64,000 nucleotides of DNA from a virus: the IMG/VR virus record IMGVR_UViG_3300023109_000018. One strand, written 5' to 3'. A model generated the notes under the pieces. That model was not told the DNA's origin. It worked only from the letters and a program-made list of their open reading frames with translations, and searched no databases. Positions 1 through 9,568 of the stretch are shown here, in pieces. Positions within the stretch are counted from its first letter, which is position 1. Each line of letters starts with the position of its first letter. The position numbers and the translations under genes are program-made.

Positions 1-100
1 TTTATAACCAGCTGGCTTCATCATCGCTGAAATCTCGCTAAGTGATGGTATGTGCGACAAAAGTGTCAATTTTTCGACACATTTCACATAAGCTATCGCT

Positions 101-122
101 AAAAAAGGGGGCCGGAGCCCCC
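101..122 (-). terminator. Rho-independent terminator
   Basis: Minus strand GGGGGC-TCCG-GCCCCC followed by T6, just downstream of the 147..1103 stop. Confidence 0.85.
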
Positions 123-146
123 ATAAAGAGTAGAAAGAAAGACTGC

Positions 147-1103
147 TTACGCAGTCTCCGCCATTTCCACAGCCGTTTCCAAAGCAGTCAATTTACGCTT
201 TGCGTTGGCTCCGAACCAAGCCGATGCAGTTCGAGCATCAGCCGACCGACCCAGTTCGTGGTCAGTCAAGTAGGTGACTGCATTGTATGCATTCCACCAG
301 CTACCAGGTCGGAATTCAGCACCTGGTTGAGTGTCAACAATTTCAAAAGCACGTTCAGCAGTACGACTGAGTACCTTGTCACGCTTTGTAGACTCACCGA
401 ACACTCTTGCGAGGAACGTTTGAAAAGAGTCATTAGTGTAACGCTTTGAACCTAACAGTTCAGCTGCCTGTTTGAATTGTTCCACACGAGTGTGTGAAAT
501 ACCGAGGAGCGTCTTGACCTTCTCAGCGTCGAACTCAGTACGGTGGGAGAGTCGGACTGCAGGCATGCCCTTCTCAGTTAAAGCCATGGTAAGAGTATTA
601 TTACACACCACACGAGTCATTACGAATTTAACGTCAATACTCTTACCATATTGGTGCGGATTTGAGAATAGAAGGTAACCCTTCACCTCGTCACCGCCGA
701 ACAATGAGAACCCATCGTTCACATCAGCCGCAGCCCAGACAAGACGACCATCTTGTAGAGATCCAGCTGTATCCATTACCATGTCGCCATTAGAGACAAA
801 CTCGGTAAAGAATTCAAAGGCCTCTGAGTTCTGGCAAGGATTCCAACCCTCACCGACCATGGTAAGAATCTTACCATCGGTATTACGAACCAGAGCTTGT
901 TGCCCAGTTTTTTGGTTATCGCCACGATAGCGAATGAAAGTATCAACCTTTTCGACCTCCCAGTCGAGTCCAGCAGCAACCTGCATTTCACGTGGAGTCA
1001 TGTTATCATTCACAGGGACACCCATACCGTGCCAGGGTACACCAGAAGTCAAACGATATGCCATTTGAGCTTCGCCATTTACAATTTCAAGATTATGAGC
1101 CAT
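147..1103 (-). CDS. DUF932-family phage/plasmid protein
   Basis: MAHNLE..PWHGMG N-terminus, RVVCNNTL motif, SAWFG C-terminus. Confidence 0.8.
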   Translation of the reverse strand: MAHNLEIVNGEAQMAYRLTSGVPWHGMGVPVNDNMTPREMQVAAGLDWEVEKVDTFIRYRGDNQKTGQQALVRNTDGKILTMVGEGWNPCQNSEAFEFFTEFVSNGDMVMDTAGSLQDGRLVWAAADVNDGFSLFGGDEVKGYLLFSNPHQYGKSIDVKFVMTRVVCNNTLTMALTEKGMPAVRLSHRTEFDAEKVKTLLGISHTRVEQFKQAAELLGSKRYTNDSFQTFLARVFGESTKRDKVLSRTAERAFEIVDTQPGAEFRPGSWWNAYNAVTYLTDHELGRSADARTASAWFGANAKRKLTALETAVEMAETA

Positions 1104-1115
1104 AATATATTTCCT

Positions 1116-1259
1116 TTAAGAGTTAGCTTTTTCGAGTTTTTGAATTTTACGACGAATCTCAGCGATTCGACTCTCCAGTTGGGCGTTACCATCTTCTGAT
1201 AACTCTCCACGTACCTCACAGAGGCAAATTAATTCGTTATAGAGTCCTTCAAGTTCCAT
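1116..1259 (-). CDS. small coiled-coil hypothetical protein (47 aa, MELEGLYNEL...)
   Basis: Translated by hand; TAATG coupling with upstream ORF. Confidence 0.6.
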   Translation of the reverse strand: MELEGLYNELICLCEVRGELSEDGNAQLESRIAEIRRKIQKLEKANS

Positions 1260-1705
1260 TATGCAGCCTCGTACACGTAGGGCTTTCGAAAACGACCAGC
1301 ATCGATGTCGATGTAGTGCGACCGGTGAAAGTAGTCAGTCATCGCGTCATCTTCGTTGAAGAAGTTGGGTCCTTCCATAGCTGATTTCAATTCAGCGTAG
1401 AAGTCTGCAATTTCTTCCTCACCAATGATGCGAGAGTTTTCTTCACACCAGTATGGGTTAACCTGAAGGTAATCACCAATCTGGTAAGAAGGTCGACCTT
1501 CACGCTCAGCGATCCGATCATTTGATTTTTGAGCAGCTCCAAGTAGATCAAGCTGACCAGACTTAAGAGTCACACAAAGAGTTGAGTGATTCTTGACAGA
1601 AATAGTACCCTTCATCTTGTACTTCTTCAACACAGCTTTGATGCCGGGAGCCAGAGTTTTCTTGTCTTGTTGTGAAACAAACGCCATATCAAATTTCCTT
1701 CTCAA
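1259..1705 (-). CDS. conserved phage hypothetical early protein
   Basis: ORF directly behind a sigma70 promoter with SD; likely start MAFVS at 1687. Confidence 0.65.
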   Translation of the reverse strand: MRRKFDMAFVSQQDKKTLAPGIKAVLKKYKMKGTISVKNHSTLCVTLKSGQLDLLGAAQKSNDRIAEREGRPSYQIGDYLQVNPYWCEENSRIIGEEEIADFYAELKSAMEGPNFFNEDDAMTDYFHRSHYIDIDAGRFRKPYVYEAA

Positions 1706-1720
1706 TTAATTTATGTGACC

Positions 1721-1749
1721 ATTATATCAAGTAAAAGCATCTTTGTCAA
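1721..1749 (-). promoter_or_regulatory. sigma70-type early promoter
   Basis: TTGACA-N17-TATAAT with A-rich UP element. Confidence 0.85.
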
Positions 1750-1781
1750 CACTTTTTTTAAAATAATTTCAACTTTTTTCG

Positions 1782-1943
1782 TTATTCTCCACGAAAGTTC
1801 TGAGTCCAAGCAAAAAAGATCTCTTTGGCCTCTTCCTTAGAAAGACCAAAGGCTTCTTGCAGATGTTGTGGAGCACCAAACATGTTGATGGTACCACCAT
1901 CCCTCAGAGCATCGAGGTACGAAAAGTATTCTTTCAAAGTCAT
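1782..1943 (-). CDS. small hypothetical protein (53 aa, MTLKEYFSYLDALRDGGTINMFGA...)
   Basis: Translated by hand; coupled to upstream ORF. Confidence 0.65.
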   Translation of the reverse strand: MTLKEYFSYLDALRDGGTINMFGAPQHLQEAFGLSKEEAKEIFFAWTQNFRGE

Positions 1944-2239
1944 TACGCTACCACCTGTACACGGTTATCAAAATCAAAATCCATTTCAAAGGGGACGAAA
2001 CCAATGTCACCAATCCGAGAATCTTCCTCACGATCAGCACCAGTAATTTCAATGTGGAAACCTTTGAACATCGTAACACCAAACTCTGGGTGAACCACGT
2101 CACCTTTCTTAATGACACGACCAACGATAAAATGGTCATCGCGACCTTCCATGGGCTGGAAGTCTAAGGCCTTGATTGTGTCACCAACCTGGGCAGTGTT
2201 TTCAAATTTCAGTGAATCGTTCATGTTTTTCAGTCTCAT
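1943..2239 (-). CDS. hypothetical early protein
   Basis: ORF behind a sigma70 promoter. Confidence 0.6.
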   Translation of the reverse strand: MRLKNMNDSLKFENTAQVGDTIKALDFQPMEGRDDHFIVGRVIKKGDVVHPEFGVTMFKGFHIEITGADREEDSRIGDIGFVPFEMDFDFDNRVQVVA

Positions 2240-2259
2240 TTCAATTAATTTATGTGACC

Positions 2260-2288
2260 ATTATACCACCAACTACAGGTGCTGTCAA
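2260..2288 (-). promoter_or_regulatory. sigma70-type early promoter
   Basis: TTGACA-N17-TATAAT; the 25 bp 2241-2265 (-10 box plus leader) are identical to 1702-1726. Confidence 0.85.
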
Positions 2289-2365
2289 CGTTTTTTTTCA
2301 TTTTTTTTAGATTATTTTGGAATAAGAGCTGGAAGCCTTATAACTTTTCAGTATAAGGCGCGAGC

Positions 2366-2728
2366 TTAGTGGATTGTAGCGTCTTCCATATCGTCAAAGA
2401 GACCATCTAGCATATCGTATATGTGGTCGCCATACCCAGATTTGATGATTTCAATAACGTCTGGGTATTCTTCATCGGATTCAATGGGCATCGCATCAAG
2501 CTCTTCCCAACGTCTTGGAGCGAATACATCTTTGATATAGGCCTGAGCCATATTTTCAGAATTGAATGAGCAAGCCTTGGTGATGCAGAATGGATTATTA
2601 CTTGCAAATAGGGCATATCTCTTGTCGGAGGTCTCCGCACTTGGATCTTCGGCGACGTCTTCATCTGCGTACGTGCCTAGAAATACGCCTCTGTTTTGAT
2701 CAATTATTATGTACCTGGGTTTTTTCAT
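2366..2728 (-). CDS. hypothetical protein
   Basis: 120-aa ORF coupled to the exonuclease gene. Confidence 0.6.
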   Translation of the reverse strand: MKKPRYIIIDQNRGVFLGTYADEDVAEDPSAETSDKRYALFASNNPFCITKACSFNSENMAQAYIKDVFAPRRWEELDAMPIESDEEYPDVIEIIKSGYGDHIYDMLDGLFDDMEDATIH

Positions 2729-3386
2729 GAAGAGCCCTATATTTTTTTCTCACTTGTACCAAATGTTCTAGGTAATCGTAAGTATTAAATTTAAACACCT
2801 GAGGCTCAGAGTCATCTACAGCGATAAGAATGACACCTTGTTTGATCGGGATCCCGGTCATTTCATAGAAGGCTGCGGCATAGAATGAGATTTGCATAAA
2901 GTAGTTTTGAATGTTATCTTCGCTCTTCACACGTCTCGATGTCTTGAAATCGATTACCGAGAGTTCACCTTCGAACTCTGCAATACAATCGACCTGGCCG
3001 GCAGTCTTCAGCTTATCACTATATAGATACACTTCCTGAAACCATATGTTATTTATTTTTTTATCTAACACAGGTTTTAGCGTATTGAACATGAAAAGAT
3101 TGGAAGGTTGGTGTTTGCCCTTCCAATTTTCAACATTGTCGATATAATCTTCGCAGATCTTGTGGACAGCAGTACCTCGACCAGAGGCTTGCCTAGAGAT
3201 ACGATTTGCCTCTTCTTCACCAACACGCTTGCGCCATTCTATGATGGCTTGTTTGCTCAGAATACTGAGTACCGTGGTGATGGATGGATAGGCTGAACCG
3301 TCGGGTGTAAAGTATCTACGACCCTCTTCGGTGGTTTTACGTGTAAGTGTGGGTAACTCAACGCCGTGCTCTACGTGATCAAACAT
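2700..3386 (-). CDS. PD-(D/E)xK exonuclease (Cas4/RecB-like fold, T4-like phage exonuclease)
   Basis: GTAVH, QEVYL, GQVDC, IDFKTS motifs; no Cas4 Fe-S cysteine set. Confidence 0.85.
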   Translation of the reverse strand: MFDHVEHGVELPTLTRKTTEEGRRYFTPDGSAYPSITTVLSILSKQAIIEWRKRVGEEEANRISRQASGRGTAVHKICEDYIDNVENWKGKHQPSNLFMFNTLKPVLDKKINNIWFQEVYLYSDKLKTAGQVDCIAEFEGELSVIDFKTSRRVKSEDNIQNYFMQISFYAAAFYEMTGIPIKQGVILIAVDDSEPQVFKFNTYDYLEHLVQVRKKYRALHEKTQVHNN

Positions 3387-3412
3387 GATATATTCCTTTC
3401 AAATAGTCGTTA

Positions 3413-3441
3413 ATTATATCACAACTGATATTGTTTGTCAA
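3413..3441 (-). promoter_or_regulatory. sigma70-type promoter
   Basis: TTGACA-N17-TATAAT upstream of the exonuclease. Confidence 0.8.
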
Positions 3442-3710
3442 ATCGAGAGCTGAATGCCGGAAGTGACTTCAAGGTATTTTTTGGCAATCTCTTCGATTGT
3501 CTCACCCTGTGCAATAATAGAGTTTCGGTTGAATACCATCTCGCCGTCTTGAGCAGACATCATCCACGGGATCATTCCAAAGCCTTCCTGACCTGGTGTC
3601 AAACATACTGGCTTACACATTGTAATATCGCCATTTGATTCTTCACCTATGACTCGGCCAATGACCTCTTCACCTGAATTTAGTTTAAGTGTAATTACGT
3701 TCATAATCAA
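3438..3710 (-). CDS. small Sm-like-fold hypothetical protein
   Basis: TLKLNSGEEVIG beta-rich pattern common in T4-like phages. Confidence 0.55.
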   Translation of the reverse strand: MIMNVITLKLNSGEEVIGRVIGEESNGDITMCKPVCLTPGQEGFGMIPWMMSAQDGEMVFNRNSIIAQGETIEEIAKKYLEVTSGIQLSI

Positions 3711-3725
3711 TGTTCTCCAAAGTAT

Positions 3726-3950
3726 TTAATTATCTAAAAATTTAGCAAACTCTTTTGCGAAAAGTTTGTTCTCAAAGTAAAATGTATGCTCATAGACATC
3801 AGTCCATTCCTTGAGCTTCCATTCCCATTTATTCAGGTTATCCAAACACCATGCCTTTGCCTCTTCACTCCAATCAGAGTGTACTTGAACAAAAACAGTA
3901 GAGTCTCGCATCCATCTCATTTTATAATCTGAAATTTGTTGTGGTGTCAT
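3726..3950 (-). CDS. hypothetical protein
   Basis: MTPQQISDYKMRW N-terminus; ATGA overlap with PAAR gene. Confidence 0.6.
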   Translation of the reverse strand: MTPQQISDYKMRWMRDSTVFVQVHSDWSEEAKAWCLDNLNKWEWKLKEWTDVYEHTFYFENKLFAKEFAKFLDN

Positions 3951-4261
3951 CCTACTAGCACCGCAGGAGAGCCGGTGATAATTGCACCGTCTACCTCTAC
4001 AAGATCACCTACCCTTGCAGCAGGAAATCCACCAAAAAAGACCTTTGCAGATCCAGCGTTTACGGTACCGGTATGAGGTACACATGCGTCGCCTACCTTA
4101 ATACCATGTAGTGCGGTGACAGATCCCATAATTGCTGCTGGTGAGCCACTGATCATTACCGAAGGCATTCCGTTAGTGGCTATGGTGGAGACCAAAGAAC
4201 AGCCGTGTGTGGCTGGATTTCCGGTCGCGACCTGATCGCCTATTCTTGCTGCTGGGGTCAT
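3947..4261 (-). CDS. PAAR spike-tip protein (gp5.4-like)
   Basis: PAARIGD, PAAIMG, PAARVGD repeats; His/Cys metal ligands. Confidence 0.92.
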   Translation of the reverse strand: MTPAARIGDQVATGNPATHGCSLVSTIATNGMPSVMISGSPAAIMGSVTALHGIKVGDACVPHTGTVNAGSAKVFFGGFPAARVGDLVEVDGAIITGSPAVLVG

Positions 4262-6009
4262 TCGTTATCTCCAAAAAGGTCTTCTGCGTTTTGAATTGTC
4301 TCATTATATGTATTAGCAAATAGGTAATAATCTTCCTGAACCTGACTGATAGTCGGTGCAAATAGATCTTCGAATGCACCATTTGCTTGTGGCGTTTCTT
4401 CAATGACATTTTCAAAAATGCCTCGGCCGGGATCTGTCGACCAATAGTGACGTTGTTTAAATGTAACCTGTTGAGTTTCAATAGGAACATCGACACCATC
4501 ACCGGTATTCATTTCGAAAACATAATTGTATTCTTCTACCGAGGTTCTGTTGTTTCTCTCATCATCGGGAGCAACCCATTCTTTTAATATAATAGTATCG
4601 GCATTGGCCGTGTTACTATAGAATGAGTTCGCTTCTTCAAAGGTGACATTGGCAGTCGTCCGTGCAGAAGCTTCGAATACAGAATTTGCATATGTCTGAA
4701 ATATGTATTTTTCTTCGGGCCAGATTCTCGTATCATTCTTTGTAAATCTGACTTTGTCTGGTGACGTAATGGTGATATCTACATACGGATTGGGAGAACT
4801 GACCATGGTGATAGAATTCACATCAGCATTGGCACTCGGCGCATCAATATCTCGCACGATCCACCTCAATGGCACATCCGTACCAAGGCTGAGGTCTGGG
4901 TTATCCATTATCATTTCAAAGGTATCACCGATGGCATAATTTTTACCACCATCTATTATGTCAATTCTTGAGCCATACCACTCATAGTTTAGGCCATCAT
5001 CATGCACTGCCCCATTGGGTGATAAGAATCGGAATACGTATGCAGATGCCTCAAGATCCTTACCGGTGACGAGAGCATTTGTATCTGGATCTCTTCGTGG
5101 GCCATCGGATTGAACGAAGGTAAATGTTGGTGTACTTGGTACCGAGACCCAATCACTTTTCGGCGTTGCATTAAAATATTGATTGTAATCGATTCCAGTT
5201 GCTGGATTCACAAATTTGCCATCTGTGACTTCTTCTCTCAGTGCAGCTGGGTGATCATTTTTTAAGAATACAACCCCAGTATTAGCAACGGAGTCGTATT
5301 GAGGTGGGTATGGGTTTAATACCTCTACTCGTGAAATTGCTCCAGTTGGTATATTATACGGGTTACCACTAGAGTAATTAGCAGTATTGGCCTGAGGTGG
5401 TATAAAATAAGGTACTGTATTCGCTACAGTTGTGGCATATGATGCATTAATTTCATTATTGGCCACACCATATGCACCATAAACTACAATTTGTTCTGGT
5501 TGAGCACCAGCGTTATATGTATTCCAGAAATTTGTTGATGGGCTAACGAAGAAGCCTAAGTTAAATGGCTGAGTCCAATTTGCCCATTCGACATTTTCCC
5601 AGCGGATCTTGTGATCGTAGACTGTAATTGTACCATAAAGACCGGCAACGCCCGAGAAGGTATTGGCGACTCCATTGACAAAATCAGTATTATTGAAATC
5701 ATCCCAATACGCTACGAGATCGTGTGTCGATGTCGCATAACCACCACCGGCATTTGGACTTACATCGATTCTAATTGTTTGAGAGGGATCCAGTGGCTCT
5801 CCAGTCTGCACATCAAATGTGAATGGTTCGACTGAATCGCCACCGGTGTTGGCTAGTAACAGTTTACCTTCAAAGGTTAGCTCATATTCAAATGGCTCAT
5901 TGCCGTACACAGCAGGAAATTCATTGTGAGGTTCGTGTGGGAACGTATCTCTCTCAATGTACTTATCGTTGCTGTAAGTAAGTTCATAATCTATAACTGT
6001 GTTCGCCAT
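4258..6009 (-). CDS. putative virion structural protein (Asn/Thr-rich, acidic)
   Basis: 583 aa; IIDGGKNYAIGDT motif typical of tail/baseplate proteins; coupled to PAAR. Confidence 0.55.
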   Translation of the reverse strand: MANTVIDYELTYSNDKYIERDTFPHEPHNEFPAVYGNEPFEYELTFEGKLLLANTGGDSVEPFTFDVQTGEPLDPSQTIRIDVSPNAGGGYATSTHDLVAYWDDFNNTDFVNGVANTFSGVAGLYGTITVYDHKIRWENVEWANWTQPFNLGFFVSPSTNFWNTYNAGAQPEQIVVYGAYGVANNEINASYATTVANTVPYFIPPQANTANYSSGNPYNIPTGAISRVEVLNPYPPQYDSVANTGVVFLKNDHPAALREEVTDGKFVNPATGIDYNQYFNATPKSDWVSVPSTPTFTFVQSDGPRRDPDTNALVTGKDLEASAYVFRFLSPNGAVHDDGLNYEWYGSRIDIIDGGKNYAIGDTFEMIMDNPDLSLGTDVPLRWIVRDIDAPSANADVNSITMVSSPNPYVDITITSPDKVRFTKNDTRIWPEEKYIFQTYANSVFEASARTTANVTFEEANSFYSNTANADTIILKEWVAPDDERNNRTSVEEYNYVFEMNTGDGVDVPIETQQVTFKQRHYWSTDPGRGIFENVIEETPQANGAFEDLFAPTISQVQEDYYLFANTYNETIQNAEDLFGDNE

Positions 6010-6021
6010 TTTTCATTGCGC

Positions 6022-6774
6022 CTATGCTGCCCTTAGGTAGCTACTACAACTCTCCTTTGCTAGTATATATTCTTTAACCAAGCCTGATCGGACGATATCA
6101 TCCGTGCAGAAATTAATAATATCGAACGAATCAATTTTATTAAGAACCTTAAGAAAATCAGGCAATCCTGTTACATCGTGTTTGTGTCTTGTTCCTGCCA
6201 AGTCATCTTGGAATGTATCACCGCAGAAAATGATCTTAGACGACTCACCAACACGGGTGATAATACTATCGAGTTCGTGATATGTCATCGATTGGCATTC
6301 GTCTACGATAATGATAGAATTGTCAAATGTCAGTCCTCTTACGAACGACGATGTCATGAATTCTACCTGGTGCTTTGTTTTGAGTATTTCCCAAGCATCT
6401 CCTCTTTGAAATAGGTCATTGGTAATGTCGGAATAGGGTACCGTGAATACGGCTTCTTTTTGAGCCTTGGAACCGGGCATGAAACCCTGTTCTCGTGTTT
6501 GTACTGCAGATCGTATTACGATAAGTCTTTCATATTCAGGTTGGGTGAGAACATCGGTAAGCCCTAGGTACATTGCGCACATTGTCTTCCCTGTTCCAGC
6601 AGTCCCAATTGCTGCTATATTTCTATCGTTACGATAACTATCAAACATATCCTCCTGTGTATCAGTAATTGGTTCTATTCTTCGCATTGCGAACTTACTG
6701 TTCACGAGCTCATTTACATTTCTGTCCTGCCTTCGTTTTTCTTTGCGGGACATACGCCGACTTGCTTTGGCCAT
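6022..6774 (-). CDS. phoH: PhoH-family ATPase
   Basis: GTAGTGKT Walker A, RGLTFDNSIIIVDECQ, CGDTFQDDL. Confidence 0.92.
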   Translation of the reverse strand: MAKASRRMSRKEKRRQDRNVNELVNSKFAMRRIEPITDTQEDMFDSYRNDRNIAAIGTAGTGKTMCAMYLGLTDVLTQPEYERLIVIRSAVQTREQGFMPGSKAQKEAVFTVPYSDITNDLFQRGDAWEILKTKHQVEFMTSSFVRGLTFDNSIIIVDECQSMTYHELDSIITRVGESSKIIFCGDTFQDDLAGTRHKHDVTGLPDFLKVLNKIDSFDIINFCTDDIVRSGLVKEYILAKESCSSYLRAA

Positions 6775-6795
6775 GGAACCTCCTTCGAAAACTTC

Positions 6796-7047
6796 TTAGA
6801 AGTCATTGATTGTGTTTTTAGTATGACGAGAGCCAGGGTGGTGGCTCTTTATGTTTTTTAACACATCACGAAAACTATCTGAAGGCTTTTTGAGCCCCAG
6901 ACGGACCGGGTCACCGATTCCCGGCGCGGAAGTAATAATAGGTTCGAGGTGGGGATTTTCTTCTAGGAAGACTAACTTGTTAGAATAAGACATCATCTTA
7001 TCAAAAGTTTCTTGGGTTTCTTTATCTCTAAAAGAATAGGTAGGCAT
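6796..7047 (-). CDS. FmdB-like small protein
   Basis: MPTYSF start; late promoter upstream. Confidence 0.55.
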   Translation of the reverse strand: MPTYSFRDKETQETFDKMMSYSNKLVFLEENPHLEPIITSAPGIGDPVRLGLKKPSDSFRDVLKNIKSHHPGSRHTKNTINDF

Positions 7048-7067
7048 TGTTTCTCCACGTATGATTT

Positions 7068-7075
7068 TATTTATA
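7068..7075 (-). promoter_or_regulatory. T4 late promoter
   Basis: TATAAATA upstream of the 6796..7047-phoH-PAAR run. Confidence 0.75.
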
Positions 7076-7655
7076 CAAAGTTGTGGTACAAGTCAGCCCA
7101 ATTTTCTACCAGAGGGATGTCTTCGTTCTCATAGTTCTTGTTTTGTTCATGTTTCATTATTATAGATCGCAAACCTAGGGCAGAACCAACCTCAGCATTT
7201 GTAATCTTATCTTCAACCCATATGCACCCAGAATCTTTGTATTCGGACAGAGCCTCGTCCTTGTCAGCACCGCAATCAAGGATTACATATCGCTCAAAGA
7301 CAGATGGCCCAAATAATTCGCATAGGTTTTTGATTCTGAGATGTTGTGCATATTCGTCGTTAGTCTGACTGGTTATCGCATGAAAGACGAAACCTTTATC
7401 AGAGTGTAGTTTCTTGACGTATTTGATAGCATCTCGTAGGGGTGGGAGTCTACGAACCGTAGCACTCTCGTTGAACATTCGAATGAGTCGTTTCATTTCA
7501 AATTTGTCTATGGCATATGCCACAGCCATGTCGTACACACCCTCTTGTTTCTTTTCGTAATGGTGACGCTTCATCCACTGATCGAATGCATATTCCCAAT
7601 CAAGTAGAACACCATCACAATCAACTAGGATAACCTTATCGGCTAGACTGGTCAT
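7071..7655 (-). CDS. HAD-superfamily 5'(3')-nucleotidase-like protein (T4 gp30.2-like)
   Basis: DCDGVLLDW motif I, VEDK motif; start MTSLAD. Confidence 0.8.
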   Translation of the reverse strand: MTSLADKVILVDCDGVLLDWEYAFDQWMKRHHYEKKQEGVYDMAVAYAIDKFEMKRLIRMFNESATVRRLPPLRDAIKYVKKLHSDKGFVFHAITSQTNDEYAQHLRIKNLCELFGPSVFERYVILDCGADKDEALSEYKDSGCIWVEDKITNAEVGSALGLRSIIMKHEQNKNYENEDIPLVENWADLYHNFV

Positions 7656-7685
7656 ATTTTTCTCACAAATCAATTCAACCCGATA

Positions 7686-7714
7686 ATTATAACACGGGCA
7701 AAGTGTTTTGTCAA
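7686..7714 (-). promoter_or_regulatory. sigma70-type promoter
   Basis: TTGACA-N17-TATAAT. Confidence 0.8.
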
Positions 7715-7717
7715 CAC

Positions 7718-7882
7718 TTATTTGTCATTAAATTCTTTAAAACCGACTTTATCGTCTCTACGTCGGCGTTGGTCTTTTTTCTTTGACTGATTCTTACGCT
7801 TTTCTCTGACTCGGCCCTCATTCTTTGAACCCCAATCGTCATCGTAAGGATCTTTACGATAATTCTTAAATCGTTTAGCCAT
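7718..7882 (-). CDS. small basic hypothetical protein (54 aa, MAKRFKNYRKD...)
   Basis: Translated by hand; fills the gap after 7887..8324. Confidence 0.6.
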   Translation of the reverse strand: MAKRFKNYRKDPYDDDWGSKNEGRVREKRKNQSKKKDQRRRRDDKVGFKEFNDK

Positions 7883-7886
7883 GGTG

Positions 7887-8324
7887 TTATCCTATCTTGC
7901 TCCTGTAAATATCAGGAAAGGCCTCTACTAGAGTCTTTTCCGTTAATCCCTTAATGGGCTTTTGTGAAATCACATGATTAGCCAAAAGGTCTGCATCATC
8001 GTTATCAACATCTTCCAGAAGACTAATAAACAAAGATTCACGCTTGACCTGATTCAGGTTATCATAACCACCACCTTTCACAAAAATTCTGAGTCGTCGG
8101 GTCTCTTTATAGAGCATACCCTCAGTACCCACATGTGAATTCTTTTTCCAAGGTGGTGCTGTACCTGGTAAAAGGAACGTCACATTTTCTTTATCGTAAG
8201 TCAGACGAAGAATGGATCGCAAGGGAACCGTGTCGTGGCTGCGTAACCACTCTATCTTTTCGTCTTTCTTTTTCAGTTCAGAGACCTTGCCAAGTATCTC
8301 TGAAATTGATAATCTTATAGCCAT
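7887..8324 (-). CDS. conserved T4-like hypothetical protein
   Basis: 145 aa, immediately downstream of rnh; KRESLFISLLE motif. Confidence 0.65.
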   Translation of the reverse strand: MAIRLSISEILGKVSELKKKDEKIEWLRSHDTVPLRSILRLTYDKENVTFLLPGTAPPWKKNSHVGTEGMLYKETRRLRIFVKGGGYDNLNQVKRESLFISLLEDVDNDDADLLANHVISQKPIKGLTEKTLVEAFPDIYRSKIG

Positions 8325-8325
8325 T

Positions 8326-9183
8326 TTAAAAATCCTGTATATCAGTAAGTAGATTTTTCAATTTCTTTTTCATAAAGTAATTGAATAAATGCTCTCGACC
8401 AACTTCTTTTTCTTCGGCATATGCATCAAGAATCTGGTCCTTATATTCTTGTGGAATCTGACTGAGATCGATCATCATACGATTACGTTCGTAGTTTCTC
8501 AGCACCTCTTCGGGCATATTCTCACAACTCGAAAATTCATGCAACTTCTTTTTGGTCATTGGTCTTTGTCTCTCACCAACAGCCAAACAATTATCTGCAC
8601 TTAATACATTTGGAACACCATCGCCGGCATCACCCTTAAGTAAGTGTTCACTAAGGTATTTATCAGGATTATCATTTCTTATCCATCGTTTTCGAACCGG
8701 ATCATATTGATCAACATTGCCATAGCCTTGCAATTGAATGTAGTCCTTATCACCCGACAATACCAGATATTTTTCAGAACCAGTATTCAGTACGGTGCCT
8801 TCCTTGTGAATGATTGTGCCGATGATATCATCAGCCTCACATCGTTCAATGTCAATCACCTTATAGGGAAAGAACTCTCGGAGTTCGTCTTTGATTTTGT
8901 GCAAACACTCAAACAGAGCATTCCAGTCGAGATCGGAAGTGTCCCGATTCTTTTTACGATTTGCCTTATAGTAGGGATAATAATCTCTACGCCAGACATT
9001 TTTGTTGTCAGCACATATGATGATCTCGCCATACTCTGCCGTGAACTTTTTTCGATTCATTCGCAGAGAGTTGAGAAACATATGCCGAATTAGATTTTCG
9101 TCTAGGTCGACATTAGTGTGATTACCGATACTAGCGAATAAAGACGCAAGCATCACTTGGTTGTAGTCTACAAGAATTGCCAT
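8326..9183 (-). CDS. rnh: T4 RNase H (5'-3' flap exonuclease)
   Basis: ILVDYNQ, YKANR, EADDII, SGDKD, GDAGDGVPN motifs. Confidence 0.95.
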   Translation of the reverse strand: MAILVDYNQVMLASLFASIGNHTNVDLDENLIRHMFLNSLRMNRKKFTAEYGEIIICADNKNVWRRDYYPYYKANRKKNRDTSDLDWNALFECLHKIKDELREFFPYKVIDIERCEADDIIGTIIHKEGTVLNTGSEKYLVLSGDKDYIQLQGYGNVDQYDPVRKRWIRNDNPDKYLSEHLLKGDAGDGVPNVLSADNCLAVGERQRPMTKKKLHEFSSCENMPEEVLRNYERNRMMIDLSQIPQEYKDQILDAYAEEKEVGREHLFNYFMKKKLKNLLTDIQDF

Positions 9184-9217
9184 AATTATTTACCATTATT
9201 TAATCTGAACCACCATT

Positions 9218-9568
9218 TTAATCTATTTCGTCATCAATGTCAACCATTTTTTCGTTTATTTCTTCAATAGTGATATGTTCTATCGCAAAAGTCTGCAATG
9301 GGTGTTCGATACCACTAGTCTGTAGATGCAAAGATCTAATTGACTCTAAGATTAAAACCATAGACGGGTAGAAGGAGTCCATGTCTTTTTCAAAATCACA
9401 CCCAGCCCGGCCGAGTTCATTGATCACATTCTGCCAAAGAATGTCTGCAACCTCAGATGCATAACTCTCTTTATACTGGCGAAGGTGCTCTTGTACCTCT
9501 TCCATTGACTGGGGTGGAGCATCGATTTTGATTTTCGGAAACTCAATTATATTGCTTTCATTAGCCAT
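9218..9568 (-). CDS. hypothetical protein
   Basis: 116-aa ORF in operon. Confidence 0.6.
   Translation of the reverse strand: MANESNIIEFPKIKIDAPPQSMEEVQEHLRQYKESYASEVADILWQNVINELGRAGCDFEKDMDSFYPSMVLILESIRSLHLQTSGIEHPLQTFAIEHITIEEINEKMVDIDDEID

Noticed and set aside
2700-3386. Cas4-like gene as a sign of a CRISPR system
   Set aside because: No Fe-S cysteine set, no cas1/cas2 and no repeat-spacer array nearby; this nuclease is common in T4-like phages
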